Positions 1 through 12,819 of a DNA stretch of 40,491 nt are shown here, in pieces (position 1 is the stretch's first letter; every line of letters starts with the position of its first letter). This stretch comes from Candidatus Eiseniibacteriota bacterium. GTDB lineage: Bacteria; Eisenbacteria; RBG-16-71-46; SZUA-252. A program made the translations under genes and the position numbers. The notes beneath the pieces are model-generated. The model did no database searches and had not been told where the DNA came from. It saw only the letters and a list, made by a program, of their open reading frames with translations. Where the stretch lies: contig JANMQV010000215.1 of NCBI GenBank assembly GCA_031370645.1, forward strand, positions 1 through 40,491, in the 5' to 3' direction.

Positions 1-105
1 GGAGGAGCACGGGATGGCCACCGGTCGCGAAGGTCTGGGCGATGCCGTTCCCCATCGTTCCCGCGCCGACCACCAGCACCGGCTTCAAGGCCTGCGTGGT
101 GGCGC

Positions 106-109
<4 letters not shown>
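1..109 (-). CDS. hbd: 3-hydroxybutyryl-CoA dehydrogenase, 5' end (runs off window)
   Basis: Not in ORF track. Manual translation from GTG at 109 (GTGA overlap with thiolase stop): MSATTQALKPVLVVGAGTMGNGIAQTFATGGHPVLL, containing the VVGAGTMGxGIAQ Rossmann motif. Confidence 0.85.
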
Positions 110-1293
<1,184 letters not shown>

Positions 1294-1329
1294 GACCCAC
1301 TCTCCTCTCGATACGGGCGCGGATCCGGG

Positions 1330-2523
1330 TCAGAGCCCCGGTCGGCTCGCGGACTCGCGCAACAGTTCCCGGGCGATGACGAGCATCTGGATCTGCGAGG
1401 TTCCCTCGCCGATCTCCATCAGTTTGGCGTCGCGGAAGTAGCGCTCCACCGGGTAGTCGGTCATATAGCCCGCCCCGCCGTGGATCTGGATCGCGAGATT
1501 CGCGCACTTCATCGCGATCGTCGATGCCTTCAGCTTCGCCATGGCGGCGTGACGCGTGTAACGCCCGCCGCGATCCTTGAAACGCGCCGTTTGGTAGACC
1601 AGCAGGCGCGCCGATTCGACTTCCGTGGCCATCTCGGCCAAGAGGAGCTGGATGGCTTGAAACTCGGCGATCGCCTTGCCGAACTGGCGGCGCTCCTGAG
1701 CGTACTTGAGCGCGGCGTCGAAGGCGGCCTGCGCGATGCCGATCGACATGGCGCCGATCGAGATGCGCCCGCCGTCGAGCGTCATCATGAACTGCTTGAA
1801 CCCCTCGCCTTCCGTGCCAAGGAGGTTGTCGGCGGGAATCGACACCTTGTCGAAGAGCAGCTCGACCGTGTCGCTCGCGCGGTGGCCCAGCTTCCGCTCC
1901 TTCGTGCCGGCCGAGAATCCGGGCGTCCCCTTCTCCACGATGAATGACGAGATCCCCCGGATGCCCACGCCGGGTGTCGTGACCGCCGTGAAGACTGCCG
2001 TGCCGCAGACGGAGCCGTTCGTGATGTAGATCTTCCGTCCGTTCACGGTGTAGTGGTCGCCTTCCTTCACCGCGCGCGTTTTCGTGCCGCCGGCGTCGGA
2101 ACCCGCTTCGGGCTCGGTCAGACCGAACGCCGCCAGCTTCTCGCCGGAGCAGAGAGCGGGGAGATACTTCCGCTTCTGCGCCTCGGTGCCGAAGCGATAG
2201 ATGGGCCAGGAGCCGAGCGAGGTATGCGCCGCGAGCGTGATACCGGTGGAAGCGCAGGCGCGCGAGATCTCCTCGACCGCGATGGCGTAGGAGAGCGTGT
2301 CGAGCCCGGCGCCGCCGTACTCGGGCGGGAAGATCATCCCGAAGAGCCCGAGCTCCCGCATCTTGTTAACGTTCTCCCACGGAAACTCGCCCGTCTCGTC
2401 TGCTTTCGACGCGCGCGGCGCGATCTCGCCCTGGGCGAACTCGCGCAGCGTATTTCGGAGGAGCGTTTGCTCGTCGGTCAATTCGTAGAAGTCGGTGTCG
2501 CCAGTTGCCGCAACGGTCGTCAT
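1330..2523 (-). CDS. Short-chain (butyryl-CoA-type) acyl-CoA dehydrogenase
   Basis: [46 protein letters not shown] motifs. Confidence 0.94.
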   Translation of the reverse strand: MTTVAATGDTDFYELTDEQTLLRNTLREFAQGEIAPRASKADETGEFPWENVNKMRELGLFGMIFPPEYGGAGLDTLSYAIAVEEISRACASTGITLAAHTSLGSWPIYRFGTEAQKRKYLPALCSGEKLAAFGLTEPEAGSDAGGTKTRAVKEGDHYTVNGRKIYITNGSVCGTAVFTAVTTPGVGIRGISSFIVEKGTPGFSAGTKERKLGHRASDTVELLFDKVSIPADNLLGTEGEGFKQFMMTLDGGRISIGAMSIGIAQAAFDAALKYAQERRQFGKAIAEFQAIQLLLAEMATEVESARLLVYQTARFKDRGGRYTRHAAMAKLKASTIAMKCANLAIQIHGGAGYMTDYPVERYFRDAKLMEIGEGTSQIQMLVIARELLRESASRPGL

Positions 2524-2542
2524 AAAGCCCCCAAGGCGCCGG

Positions 2543-3205
2543 TCAAACCGGCATCACGGTCACGTCGTCGAGAATGAGATCGGCTTCCGTCGCGGCGCGG
2601 ACCTGCTCCACCGTGACGTCCGGTGCGCGCTCCAGCAGACGAAGCCCCTGCGGGGTGACTTCCATCACCGCGAGGTCGGTGATGATGAGATCCACCACCT
2701 TCTTGCCGGTGAGCGGAAGCGTGCACTTCTTCAAAACCTTCGAGGAGCCGTCCTTGGCGGTGTGGAGCATCGTGATGACGACGCGCTTCGCGCCGGCCAC
2801 GAGATCCATGGCACCGCCCATCCCCTTCACCATCTTGCCGGGGATCATCCAGTTGGCCAGATTCCCTTCCTGGTCGACTTCCATGGCGCCGAGGATCGTG
2901 AGGTCGATGTGGCCGCCGCGGATCATGGCGAAGGAATCGGCGCTCGAGAAGAAGGAGGCGCCCGGCAGCACCGTCACCGTCTCCTTCCCGGCGTTGATGA
3001 GATCGGGATCTTCCTCCCCCTCGTATGGATAGGGGCCGACCCCCAGGATGCCGTTCTCAGACTGGAGGACGACTTCCATGCCGTCGGGAATGTGATTCGC
3101 CACCAGGGTCGGCATGCCGATCCCGAGGTTGACGTAGAAACCGTCCTTAAGCTCCTGCGCCGCCCTTCGGACGATTCGTTCTCTTTTCAATTCGCTTGGG
3201 TCCAT
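2543..3205 (-). CDS. scoB: 3-oxoacid CoA-transferase subunit B
   Basis: Start reassigned to ATG 3205 ([19 protein letters not shown], upstream AGGGGA); [13 protein letters not shown] catalytic Glu, KGMGGAMDL. Confidence 0.93.
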   Translation of the reverse strand: MDPSELKRERIVRRAAQELKDGFYVNLGIGMPTLVANHIPDGMEVVLQSENGILGVGPYPYEGEEDPDLINAGKETVTVLPGASFFSSADSFAMIRGGHIDLTILGAMEVDQEGNLANWMIPGKMVKGMGGAMDLVAGAKRVVITMLHTAKDGSSKVLKKCTLPLTGKKVVDLIITDLAVMEVTPQGLRLLERAPDVTVEQVRAATEADLILDDVTVMPV

Positions 3206-3881
3206 AGGTCCCCTGGAAGATCGCGTCGATGTAGACGCCGGGCGTGATGACGACGTCGGGATCGAAGGTGCCGGTCGGAACCAGCTCCTCCACCTCCGCG
3301 ATGGTGAAGGCGCCCGCCGTCGCCACCATCGGATTGAAGTTCCGCGTCGAACGGCGATAGATGAGATTACCCGCGTGGTCGCCGCGCCACGCCCGCACGA
3401 AGGCGAAGTCGCCCTTGATCGGCATCTCGAGCACGTACTCGCGTCCCTGAATGACGCGCGTCTCCTTCCCCTCCGCCACGAGGGTGCCGACGCCGGTCGG
3501 TGTGTAGAAGCCGCCGATCCCCGCTCCGCCGGCACGGATCCGCTCGGCGAACGTCCCTTGCGGCACGAGTTCGACATCGAGTTCGCCGCTCAGGAACTGG
3601 CGCTCGAACGTGGCGTTCTCGCCGACGTAGGAGGAGATCATCTTCTTGATCTGGCGCGTCTGGAGGAGAAGGCCGAGCCCCCAGTCGTCGATCCCGGCAT
3701 TGTTCGAGACGCAGGTGAGTTCCTTGGCGCCGGAGTCGCGAAGCGCGACGATAAGGTTCTCGGGAAATCCACAGAGGCCGAACCCGCCGAACACGATCGT
3801 CGCGCCATCCCGAATCTTCGCGCGCTCGAGCGCTTCGCTCGCGTCTCGGACTACCTTTCGCATGCCCTTCGCCGCGGTCAC
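3147..3881 (-). CDS. scoA: 3-oxoacid CoA-transferase subunit A
   Basis: [39 protein letters not shown] motifs; GTGA-coupled to upstream gene. Confidence 0.94.
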   Translation of the reverse strand: MTAAKGMRKVVRDASEALERAKIRDGATIVFGGFGLCGFPENLIVALRDSGAKELTCVSNNAGIDDWGLGLLLQTRQIKKMISSYVGENATFERQFLSGELDVELVPQGTFAERIRAGGAGIGGFYTPTGVGTLVAEGKETRVIQGREYVLEMPIKGDFAFVRAWRGDHAGNLIYRRSTRNFNPMVATAGAFTIAEVEELVPTGTFDPDVVITPGVYIDAIFQGTYGPKRIEKRTNRPKGGAGA

Positions 3882-4303
3882 GATGCGAGGCCCACCTTTC
3901 CGGCCCGGTTCGCGGCCACCCAGTTACGCACGTACTCGATGATGGCGGCGGTAGAGGTGCCGGGGCCAAAGAGATCGCCGACACCGAGCTTCCGGAGCGT
4001 CTCCATGTCTTCCTTCGAGATGATGCCGCCGCCGGTCAGGAGCACGTCGCCGAGCCCGCGCTCCCGCATCAACTCCCAGACGCGCGGAATGAGCGTCATA
4101 TGAGCGCCCGAGAGAATCGAGAGCGCCACGACGTCGACGTCTTCCTGCACAGCCGCCTGCACGATCATCTCCGGGGTCTGGTGGAGCCCCGTGTAGATCA
4201 CCTCGAACCCGGCATCGCGCATGGCGCTCGCCACGACCTTCGCCCCGCGGTCGTGTCCGTCCAACCCCGCCTTGCCTACCAGAACCCGGATCTTTCGCGC
4301 CAT
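3878..4303 (-). CDS. Cobalamin-binding small subunit of acyl-CoA mutase (IcmB/MCM C-terminal domain)
   Basis: [10 protein letters not shown] (DxHxxG), SILSGAH, GGII motifs. Confidence 0.95.
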   Translation of the reverse strand: MARKIRVLVGKAGLDGHDRGAKVVASAMRDAGFEVIYTGLHQTPEMIVQAAVQEDVDVVALSILSGAHMTLIPRVWELMRERGLGDVLLTGGGIISKEDMETLRKLGVGDLFGPGTSTAAIIEYVRNWVAANRAGKVGLAS

Positions 4304-4314
4304 CGGGAAGCCTC

Positions 4315-6021
<1,707 letters not shown>

Positions 6022-6981
6022 GGTGCGTCATCCTTTCGATCAGATCCCGGGCGGCCCGATAGGGCGACGTCCGCCCCGCGACCACGTTCTCGGCGGCTTC
6101 GTCGAGGAGCGCCTCGAGTCCCTGGCGCTTAAGCCAGGCGTCGAGCAGCCCCTCCCGCACGGCATGCCGGATTCGCGCGCGCGTCTTCTCGCGGCGGCGG
6201 GAGGCGGCCACGTCGGGCCGACTCACGCTGTCGCGATGTTCGCGGAGCGCCTGGTGGAGCGCATCGAATCCCGTCCGCGCCGTGGCGACCGTCCGGACGA
6301 TCGGCGGCCGCTGCCCCTCGGGGCGAAACGCGAGCGACGCGCGAAGCGCCGCCTCCATCGCGTCGGCGCCGGGGTGATCGGACTTGTTGAGAACGATCAC
6401 CTCGGCGATCTCCATGAGACCCGCCTTCAGCGCCTGAATGGCGTCACCCGACTCCGGCGTCAGCACCACGACGGTCGTGTCCGATGCCTCCGCGACATCG
6501 AGCTCGCTCTGCCCGACCCCCACCGTCTCCACCAGCGTCGTCTGGCTTCCCCAGGCGTCGAGCAACTCGCAGAGCTCGCTCGTTCGCGCGGCCAATCCGC
6601 CGAGGCTCCCGCGCGTCGCCATGCTGCGGATGAAGACCTTCGGATCGGTCGCGTGCTCGTTCATCCGAACCCGGTCGCCCAGTATGGCGCCCCCCGTGAA
6701 GGGACTCGTCGGATCGACCGCGATGACGCCGACCTGAAGTCCCTCCGCGCGAAGCATCCGCGTGTATTCGGCCACGAGCGTGCTCTTCCCCGCTCCCGGC
6801 GGTCCGGTGAATCCGATCCGCGGCGCCCCGGGGCGCTTTCCATAGAGCGCCTCGAGGATTCCCTCCGCGCCGGCGTCGCCGTTTTCGACCCACGTCATCG
6901 CCCGGGCAAGCGCGCTCGCGTCGCCCCGAAGAACTGCTTCCGCCAAACCAGCGACCGACGAGGGCGCGCCCGCGGGCGCGT

Positions 6982-7566
6982 TCAATACTCCATCCCGGCG
7001 CGCGACTCGAGCCCCTGGCGATAGTGGTGCTTGATCTCCCGCACCTCGCTCACCGTGTCGGCCGCTTCCACCACCGTCGCGGGCGCGCTCCTGCCGGTGG
7101 CGATGATGTCCATCCAGCGCGGGCGGGCCTTCACGAGTTCGAGCACTTCCGCGACCGGCACGAGATTGAAATCGGCGACCACGTTGATCTCGTCGAGGAT
7201 CAGGAGATCGTGCTCTCCCGCGCGAACGATCTCCCACGCCTTGTCGAGACCCGCTCGCGCGAGCGCGACATCGCGGGGATCGAGATTCTTCGGATCGACG
7301 AATGCGTTTCGGCCGAATTGATAGACGTCCACGTGGAGCCGGTCACGAAGCACCGAGAGCTCGCCGTAAATGCGTCCCTTCATGAATTGGATCACCGCCA
7401 CGCGAAATCCGTGGCCGAGGGCGCGGAGCGCGCAACCGAAACCGGAAGTGGTCTTCCCCTTCCCATTCCCCGTGATGACGAGAAAAATCCCACGGCGGGT
7501 TTCGCGGCCCTCGGTCGGAAGCGCCGATCCCGATGTAGCACCGTCAGTTGCAAGGATTTTGGCCAT
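6982..7566 (-). CDS. btuR: Cob(I)alamin adenosyltransferase (BtuR/CobO type)
   Basis: TGNGKGKTT P-loop, IQFMKG, LLILDEIN, ATGR, KHHY...GMEY C-terminus. Confidence 0.93.
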   Translation of the reverse strand: MAKILATDGATSGSALPTEGRETRRGIFLVITGNGKGKTTSGFGCALRALGHGFRVAVIQFMKGRIYGELSVLRDRLHVDVYQFGRNAFVDPKNLDPRDVALARAGLDKAWEIVRAGEHDLLILDEINVVADFNLVPVAEVLELVKARPRWMDIIATGRSAPATVVEAADTVSEVREIKHHYRQGLESRAGMEY

Positions 7567-7572
7567 CAAGCC

Positions 7573-7601
7573 AGGCTACCATCCCGGGGGCCAAGTGTCA
7601 A
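7573..7601 (-). promoter_or_regulatory. sigma70-type promoter of the btuR-mutase operon, probably leaderless
   Basis: TTGACA-17 bp-TAGCCT with TGn extension; 6 nt separate the -10 from ATG 7566; no SD. Confidence 0.75.
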
Positions 7602-7847
7602 TCGAAGCGGGCCCCCCGACGCTTCCGTTCCGCTCTCCGATCCCGCCCCCAAACGCTTTGGATGCAATGCTTTCCAAGATCGATGCAGAGCGCGCGGGAC
7701 GTCTTGCCCTGAATCTAGTACCCTAGGGAAGATAAATTACGGGGGACGATTGAGGGTGTTCCGCGGGTCGATCGTAAGGTCCGCCGGGCTCCGTCGCCCC
7801 GTTCGCTCGAGGCGCGCGGCTTCGATCCGCACTGAAGGGAGACCTAC

Positions 7848-8147
7848 ATGGGGCGTCGGGGAAACCAGACATTCTTGAAGAATCAGAAGGCGCAAAAGCG
7901 CGTGGCGCGCGCGAACGCGAAGCGGGTCGAAAAGCAGGCGAAGCGGGACGACAAGGTCGCACGCGCTGCCGCCGGCGATCTTCCCTACGGCGCTCCGATC
8001 GAAGGGATGGAGCCCGGTGATCTTCCAGGGAACGGCGCCGTACCGGTGGACGGAGAAGAAGGCATCGAAGGAACGGACGAAGCGGACGACGACGCCGAAG
8101 GCGACGACGAGAACGAAGATTCTCCGATCAGCGCCACCGAGCACTAA
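7848..8147 (+). CDS. Small hypothetical protein, basic N-terminal helix and acidic disordered C-terminus
   Basis: GAAGGGAG SD before ATG; GC-ending codon bias; sits alone between two minus-strand operons. Confidence 0.75.
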   Translation: MGRRGNQTFLKNQKAQKRVARANAKRVEKQAKRDDKVARAAAGDLPYGAPIEGMEPGDLPGNGAVPVDGEEGIEGTDEADDDAEGDDENEDSPISATEH

Positions 8148-8193
8148 CACCGGCGCGCCGCGAATCCGTCGCCACCGCGGCCCGCGCCCGAAA

Positions 8194-9420
8194 TCAGAAT
8201 CCCCGCAGTAGCGACTCCGCCACGGCGAACGCGCTCCGTGGCCTTCCCACGCGCCGAGCGTGCTGCTTCATCTCGTCGAGAATCTCCCGCTGGTGGAGAA
8301 ACCGCATCAATCTGAAGTGAAGTTCCTCGTAGTCGTGGACGCGAATGGCGGCTCCCGACTCCTGCAGGAAGTCGCAGTTACGGTCCTCTTGCCCGGGCAA
8401 TGGCCGGAAGACCAGCATCGGCACACCCATCGCCATCGCCTCGCTGACCGTGAGGCCGCCCGATTTGCTCAAGAGAAGATCGGACGCGGCGAGGAAGACC
8501 TCCACGCGGTCGGTGAAGCCGTGGATCTGGATACGGGCGCGATCCGCGGTCGTCTTCTCCAGGAGCCGCGTGCGCAATCTTTCGTTTCGCCCCGCGATGA
8601 CGAGCGCCTGCACGTTCTTCGGCAATTCCATCACCACCTCGAGCATCGTCTCGATCGGCCCCCAGCCGAATCCCCCTCCCATCAGGAGAAAGACCGGTCG
8701 CGAGGAATCGGGATCGAGCCCCAACTCCCTCCTCGCGTCCGCCGCCGCGATCGGTCGCGCGAATTTGGGATCGATCGGCACGCCGGTGACCTCGATCTTC
8801 GATTCCGGAACGAGTCCGGTGTCAACGAGCTCCTCCTTCGAGGACTCGGCCGCCACGAAATAGCGATCCATGCCGCGATGGACCCAGATCGGATGAATCG
8901 CGAAGTCGGTGACCACCGTGGCCACCGGGATTTTCACGCGCCCGCTCTCGCGCCACGCGGCGAGGACCTCGGACGGCAGGAACTGAGTGCAGAGGATCGA
9001 ATCGGGGCGGAACTGCTCGATCGCCGGAAGATAGCCGGGGCTTCCCCAGACGGCGAGCTGGGTGCGGAGTTTCTGCCGCCACGAGTCGTAGGGGGGCGCC
9101 GCGCGCTTGTAGACCTCGCCCCAGACAATCGGCGCGCGGACGAGGAGGCGATTGTACGTCGACGCGTAGGTGGTTCGAAGGAAGTGCGAGGATATGTCGA
9201 GCGCGTCGCGGACGTCGGTCACGGTGCCGGGGCGGATGAGCTCGAGCGCCGCGGCCACGGCACGCGCCGCACGCTCGTGCCCCGCTCCGGCGCGCACGTG
9301 GAGGAGGAGGAATCGCTTCGCGGCCTCGCGCGCCTCGGGGGTGGCCGCGAGAGCGGAAGCGGCGCCGACGGCTTCGCTAGAAGAAGTGACGGCTCCCTCC
9401 CGGAAAGGCGTTGGGGACAT
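8194..9420 (-). CDS. UgtP/MGDG synthase-like diacylglycerol glycosyltransferase (GT28)
   Basis: GAGHERAA, TVVTDF..HPIW, TGVPI, LLMGGGFG, SKSGGLTVSEA, PLPGQEDRN. Confidence 0.88.
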   Translation of the reverse strand: MSPTPFREGAVTSSSEAVGAASALAATPEAREAAKRFLLLHVRAGAGHERAARAVAAALELIRPGTVTDVRDALDISSHFLRTTYASTYNRLLVRAPIVWGEVYKRAAPPYDSWRQKLRTQLAVWGSPGYLPAIEQFRPDSILCTQFLPSEVLAAWRESGRVKIPVATVVTDFAIHPIWVHRGMDRYFVAAESSKEELVDTGLVPESKIEVTGVPIDPKFARPIAAADARRELGLDPDSSRPVFLLMGGGFGWGPIETMLEVVMELPKNVQALVIAGRNERLRTRLLEKTTADRARIQIHGFTDRVEVFLAASDLLLSKSGGLTVSEAMAMGVPMLVFRPLPGQEDRNCDFLQESGAAIRVHDYEELHFRLMRFLHQREILDEMKQHARRVGRPRSAFAVAESLLRGF

Positions 9421-9787
9421 GCTGCACGCGGAGTTCCGATTCCTCGGAGGACCACGTGATGCCGATCACGTCGAATCGCACCGGCCTGCCGGTCGCGCCC
9501 CGCGCGGCGAGCCAACGCGTGGCCGCGCGCGCCACGTCGTCGCGCTTCTTTCCCGTCACCGCCGCGAGCGGGCCGCCGCGATCGTTACCGCCGCGGGCTT
9601 GCCCGGCGCCGTTCGGGCCGGCGCGGAACTTCACTTCGACGAAGACGACCGTGTCGCGGTCGAGCGCCACAAGATCGAGTTCGCCGCGTCCTTCCCGCGC
9701 GTTCCGCGCGAGAATCTCATAGCCGCGTAGAATACAGAACTGCTCGGCGATCGCCTCGCCGCAGCGCGCCGCCCGTTCCCGCCACAT
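9377..9787 (-). CDS. yraN: YraN family (UPF0102) endonuclease-like protein
   Basis: GEAIA..RGYEILARN, GELDLVA, VFVEVKFR, RFDVIGI; ATG 9787 with GGGAGG; typical position after rnhB. Confidence 0.9.
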   Translation of the reverse strand: MWRERAARCGEAIAEQFCILRGYEILARNAREGRGELDLVALDRDTVVFVEVKFRAGPNGAGQARGGNDRGGPLAAVTGKKRDDVARAATRWLAARGATGRPVRFDVIGITWSSEESELRVQHVPNAFPGGSRHFF

Positions 9788-9801
9788 CCCCGCCTCCCCT
9801 C

Positions 9802-10443
9802 TCAGAAAAGTTCGATGACCTCCTGGACGCAGAGGAGTTCCCGGACGGGGCGGAAACTCTTGCGATGAATCTCGCACGGACCGTGAGCCCGAAGGGCCTC
9901 CAAATGATCGGGCGTGCCGTATCCTTTGTTTTCCTCGAAGCGGTAGACGGGGTAGGTCGCGGCGCACTCGTTCATCATGCGGTCGCGCGTGACCTTCGCG
10001 AGGATCGACGCCGCGGCGACGGAGAGGCTCTTCGCGTCGCCGTCCACGACCGCCTCGCACGGCACGTTGAGGACGAGAATCGTGTCCTTGCCGTCAATCA
10101 AAAGGCCCTGGGGTTGAATCCCCAGGGCCTCGACCGCTCGGCGCATCGCCAGAAGCGTGGCCATCCGGATGTTGAAGGCGTCGACTTCTTCGACGCTTGC
10201 GGCGCCGATTCCGGTAGCGACCGCCGCCGCCACGATGCGGTGGAAGGCGGCTTCGCGTTCCGCGGCGCTCAACTCTTTCGAGTCGCGCACACCCCGGAGT
10301 GTCGCTCCGGGCGGCAGGGCGACGCACGCCGCCACCACCGGGCCCGCCAGAGGTCCGCGGCCGGCTTCGTCGACTCCGGCGAGGCACTCTCCCCAGCGCG
10401 CGCGAAAATCGTCGTCGAATCGGGCGAGGCGGCTACGCCTCAT
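9802..10443 (-). CDS. rnhB: Ribonuclease HII
   Basis: [36 protein letters not shown]. Confidence 0.96.
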   Translation of the reverse strand: MRRSRLARFDDDFRARWGECLAGVDEAGRGPLAGPVVAACVALPPGATLRGVRDSKELSAAEREAAFHRIVAAAVATGIGAASVEEVDAFNIRMATLLAMRRAVEALGIQPQGLLIDGKDTILVLNVPCEAVVDGDAKSLSVAAASILAKVTRDRMMNECAATYPVYRFEENKGYGTPDHLEALRAHGPCEIHRKSFRPVRELLCVQEVIELF

Positions 10444-10795
10444 CGCCTCCCAGTTTCTCGCGCTCGGTCACCTTCGCCGCCTTGCCCTTCAGGCCGCGGA
10501 GATAGAAGAGCTTCGCGCGACGGACCTTGCCGGTACGGCTCAGTTCGATCTTCGCGACGGTCGGCGAGTGGAACGGAAAGGTCCGCTCGACGCCGATGCC
10601 GCCGGAGATCTTCCGAACGGTGAAGCTCTGGCGAATGCCGGAGCCCCGGATGTTCATCACCACGCCCTGGAATAGCTGGGAGCGTTCCTTCTCCCCTTCC
10701 ACGACGCGCACATGAACCCGCACCGTGTCGCCGGGGCGGAAATCAATCTTCCGCTCCGAGCGGAACCGGGATTCGAAGCGCTCCAAGATACTCAT
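10433..10795 (-). CDS. rplS: 50S ribosomal protein L19
   Basis: [53 protein letters not shown] overlap with trmD. Confidence 0.97.
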   Translation of the reverse strand: MSILERFESRFRSERKIDFRPGDTVRVHVRVVEGEKERSQLFQGVVMNIRGSGIRQSFTVRKISGGIGVERTFPFHSPTVAKIELSRTGKVRRAKLFYLRGLKGKAAKVTEREKLGGDEA

Positions 10796-11538
10796 GACCG
10801 GGCCTCCTCCTTCTGTATGGCTTCCAAAAACGATCGGTCTTCGTCGGAGAGCGGACGGCCTCGCAACAGATCGGGCCTCCGCTCCAGGGTCCGGCGCAAC
10901 GCCTCGCGGCGCCGCCAGATCCGGATCTCTTCGTGGTTGCCGCCCTTCAAGACTTCGGGGACGGACCGCCCCTGAAACGAATCGGGACGAGTATAGACGG
11001 GGGCGGCCAGGAGCGCCTCCGAAAAAGAGTCGGCCTTGGCCGACTCCTCGTCGCCGAGGACCCCCGGCTGAAGCCGCGCGACGGCGTCGACTAGGATTAG
11101 GGCCGCCGGCTCCCCGCCCGAAAGGACGTAGTCGCCGATCGAAATCTCCTCCGCCTCGAGGACCTCGATCGCCCTCTCGTCGATTCCGAGATAACGGCCG
11201 CAAACGACTGCCACGTGAGACTCTTGCGCCAATTCGCGAACCCACGATTGGTCGAGCGTTCGCCCCTGGGGGCTCGTCACGAGCACCCGGGGCCGGGCAC
11301 CCGGCAGGGCGTGGCGGATCGACTCGAACGCGCTCACGATCGTGTCGGCCTTCATGACCATCCCGGCTCCTCCGCCGTACGGATAGTCGTCGGTGGTGCC
11401 GTAGCGATCGGTCGCGAAATCGCGAATCGGGACGAGTGCCACGTCAAGGAGCCCCTTCTCGCGGGCAATGCGGATCATCCCCTCGTCGAAGGCGCCGGTG
11501 AACGTCCCGGGGTTCAGCGTGAGGATCGAGATCCGCAT
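10792..11538 (-). CDS. trmD: tRNA (guanine37-N1)-methyltransferase
   Basis: [43 protein letters not shown]. Confidence 0.97.
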   Translation of the reverse strand: MRISILTLNPGTFTGAFDEGMIRIAREKGLLDVALVPIRDFATDRYGTTDDYPYGGGAGMVMKADTIVSAFESIRHALPGARPRVLVTSPQGRTLDQSWVRELAQESHVAVVCGRYLGIDERAIEVLEAEEISIGDYVLSGGEPAALILVDAVARLQPGVLGDEESAKADSFSEALLAAPVYTRPDSFQGRSVPEVLKGGNHEEIRIWRRREALRRTLERRPDLLRGRPLSDEDRSFLEAIQKEEARS

Positions 11539-11539
11539 G

Positions 11540-12076
11540 TCACACCTCTCCCGGAAGACCGGGGAGTCCGGGCGGCGGCGCCAAGACGATCGTGCCGCTC
11601 GACGCGTCCACGGAGCGGAAGACCGTGTCGAGGAGCGGAATCAAGATCTCCCCATGCTCGCCCCGAACGATGAGGACATCGTTGCTTCCGGTGGCGAAGA
11701 CTTCCTCCACGCGTCCGAGCGTGGTTCCCTCGGGAGTCTTGGCGATCAGGCCGACGAGTTCGAAGCGGTAGAAGTGTCCCTCGGGGAGCGGGGCCACTTG
11801 GTCGCGGCGGATCGTCAGATCGGCGCCATGCAGCGCCTCGGCGTCGGTCCTCGATTCGATCCCTTCGAAGCGGACGAGCCAGCGCTCTTGGAACGGGCGC
11901 GAGGTGGCGACTTTTAGCGTTCGCGCGGCGCCCGAAGGGAGGCCCGCCGCGACGACGCGCCCCGGATCGAACCGTCCCGGGGTGTCGGTGGTCGGATCGA
12001 CGACGACTTCTCCGCGAAGTCCGTGCGCCTTCGCCACGATCCCCACGAGGATCGGGGCGGCCCCATCAGGCTGCAA
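11540..12076 (-). CDS. rimM: 16S rRNA processing factor RimM
   Basis: VGIVAKAHGLRGEV, FYRFELVGL, TGSNDVL, LIP; canonical synteny. Confidence 0.94.
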   Translation of the reverse strand: MQPDGAAPILVGIVAKAHGLRGEVVVDPTTDTPGRFDPGRVVAAGLPSGAARTLKVATSRPFQERWLVRFEGIESRTDAEALHGADLTIRRDQVAPLPEGHFYRFELVGLIAKTPEGTTLGRVEEVFATGSNDVLIVRGEHGEILIPLLDTVFRSVDASSGTIVLAPPPGLPGLPGEV

Positions 12077-12078
12077 AA

Positions 12079-12309
12079 TCAGTCGGCAATCTCGAGCGTC
12101 GCCCGCATGCCCTTTGCCGAGGCCGCGGCCGACAAGAGCGTCCGCAGCGCCTGGGCCGTGCGACCCTCGCGTCCGATCACTTTCCCAAGATCGCCCGGGG
12201 TGACGCGGAGCGTGAGCACGACGGTGTCACCGCTCTCACGCTGATCCACGTGCACGCCCTCGGCATGATCCACCAACTGGCGCGCACAATATTCGATGAA
12301 CTTCTTCAC
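12079..12309 (-). CDS. khpA: KH-domain RNA-binding protein KhpA (YlqC)
   Basis: GTG 12309 with CAGGAG SD; LVD, DLGKVIGREGRTAQALRTLL; between rpsP and rimM. Confidence 0.93.
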   Translation of the reverse strand: MKKFIEYCARQLVDHAEGVHVDQRESGDTVVLTLRVTPGDLGKVIGREGRTAQALRTLLSAAASAKGMRATLEIAD

Positions 12310-12329
12310 GCGGCGCTCCTGGTCGGGGG

Positions 12330-12776
12330 TTATTTCTTGGTCTTCTTGGCCTTCGCCTTCGCGGGCTTGGCCTGGCCGGACTTCGCCTTCGCGCGCGCCT
12401 TCGCCTTCTTGTCGCTCCTCTTCGCCACAGCCTTCTTCTTCGCGGCCGGCTTCTTCTTGGCGGCCTTCTTCTTGGCGGCCGGCTTCTTCTCCGCCTTCGG
12501 CTTGGCCTCGACCTTCGGACGGACGGGACGGAGCGCGTCCGGCGCATGCTTCGCCATCAGCACCGAAACCGACTCCGACGGCTTGGCGCCGTTCAGGATC
12601 CACTTGGCGAAATGGTCCGAGTCGATTTTGAAGGTCGCCGGATCCGTCAGCGGATCGTAGTAGCCGAGCTGTTCGATGAAGCGTCCGTCGCGCGGATAAC
12701 GCGAATCGGCGACGACGACGCGGTAGAACGGCCGGCCCTTGGACCCCGTTCGCTTGAATCGAATGACGACAGCCAT
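12330..12776 (-). CDS. rpsP: 30S ribosomal protein S16 with Lys/Ala-rich C-terminal extension
   Basis: [34 protein letters not shown]; about 60-aa PAAKKK-type tail. Confidence 0.97.
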   Translation of the reverse strand: MAVVIRFKRTGSKGRPFYRVVVADSRYPRDGRFIEQLGYYDPLTDPATFKIDSDHFAKWILNGAKPSESVSVLMAKHAPDALRPVRPKVEAKPKAEKKPAAKKKAAKKKPAAKKKAVAKRSDKKAKARAKAKSGQAKPAKAKAKKTKK

Positions 12777-12819
12777 TCCTCTACTCCTCCGTGGTGGTGG
12801 CGACGATGCCCGGCGCGAA

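Noticed and set aside
7570-7847. Cobalamin riboswitch upstream of the B12 operon
   Set aside because: No B12-box core seen and the promoter abuts the start codon.
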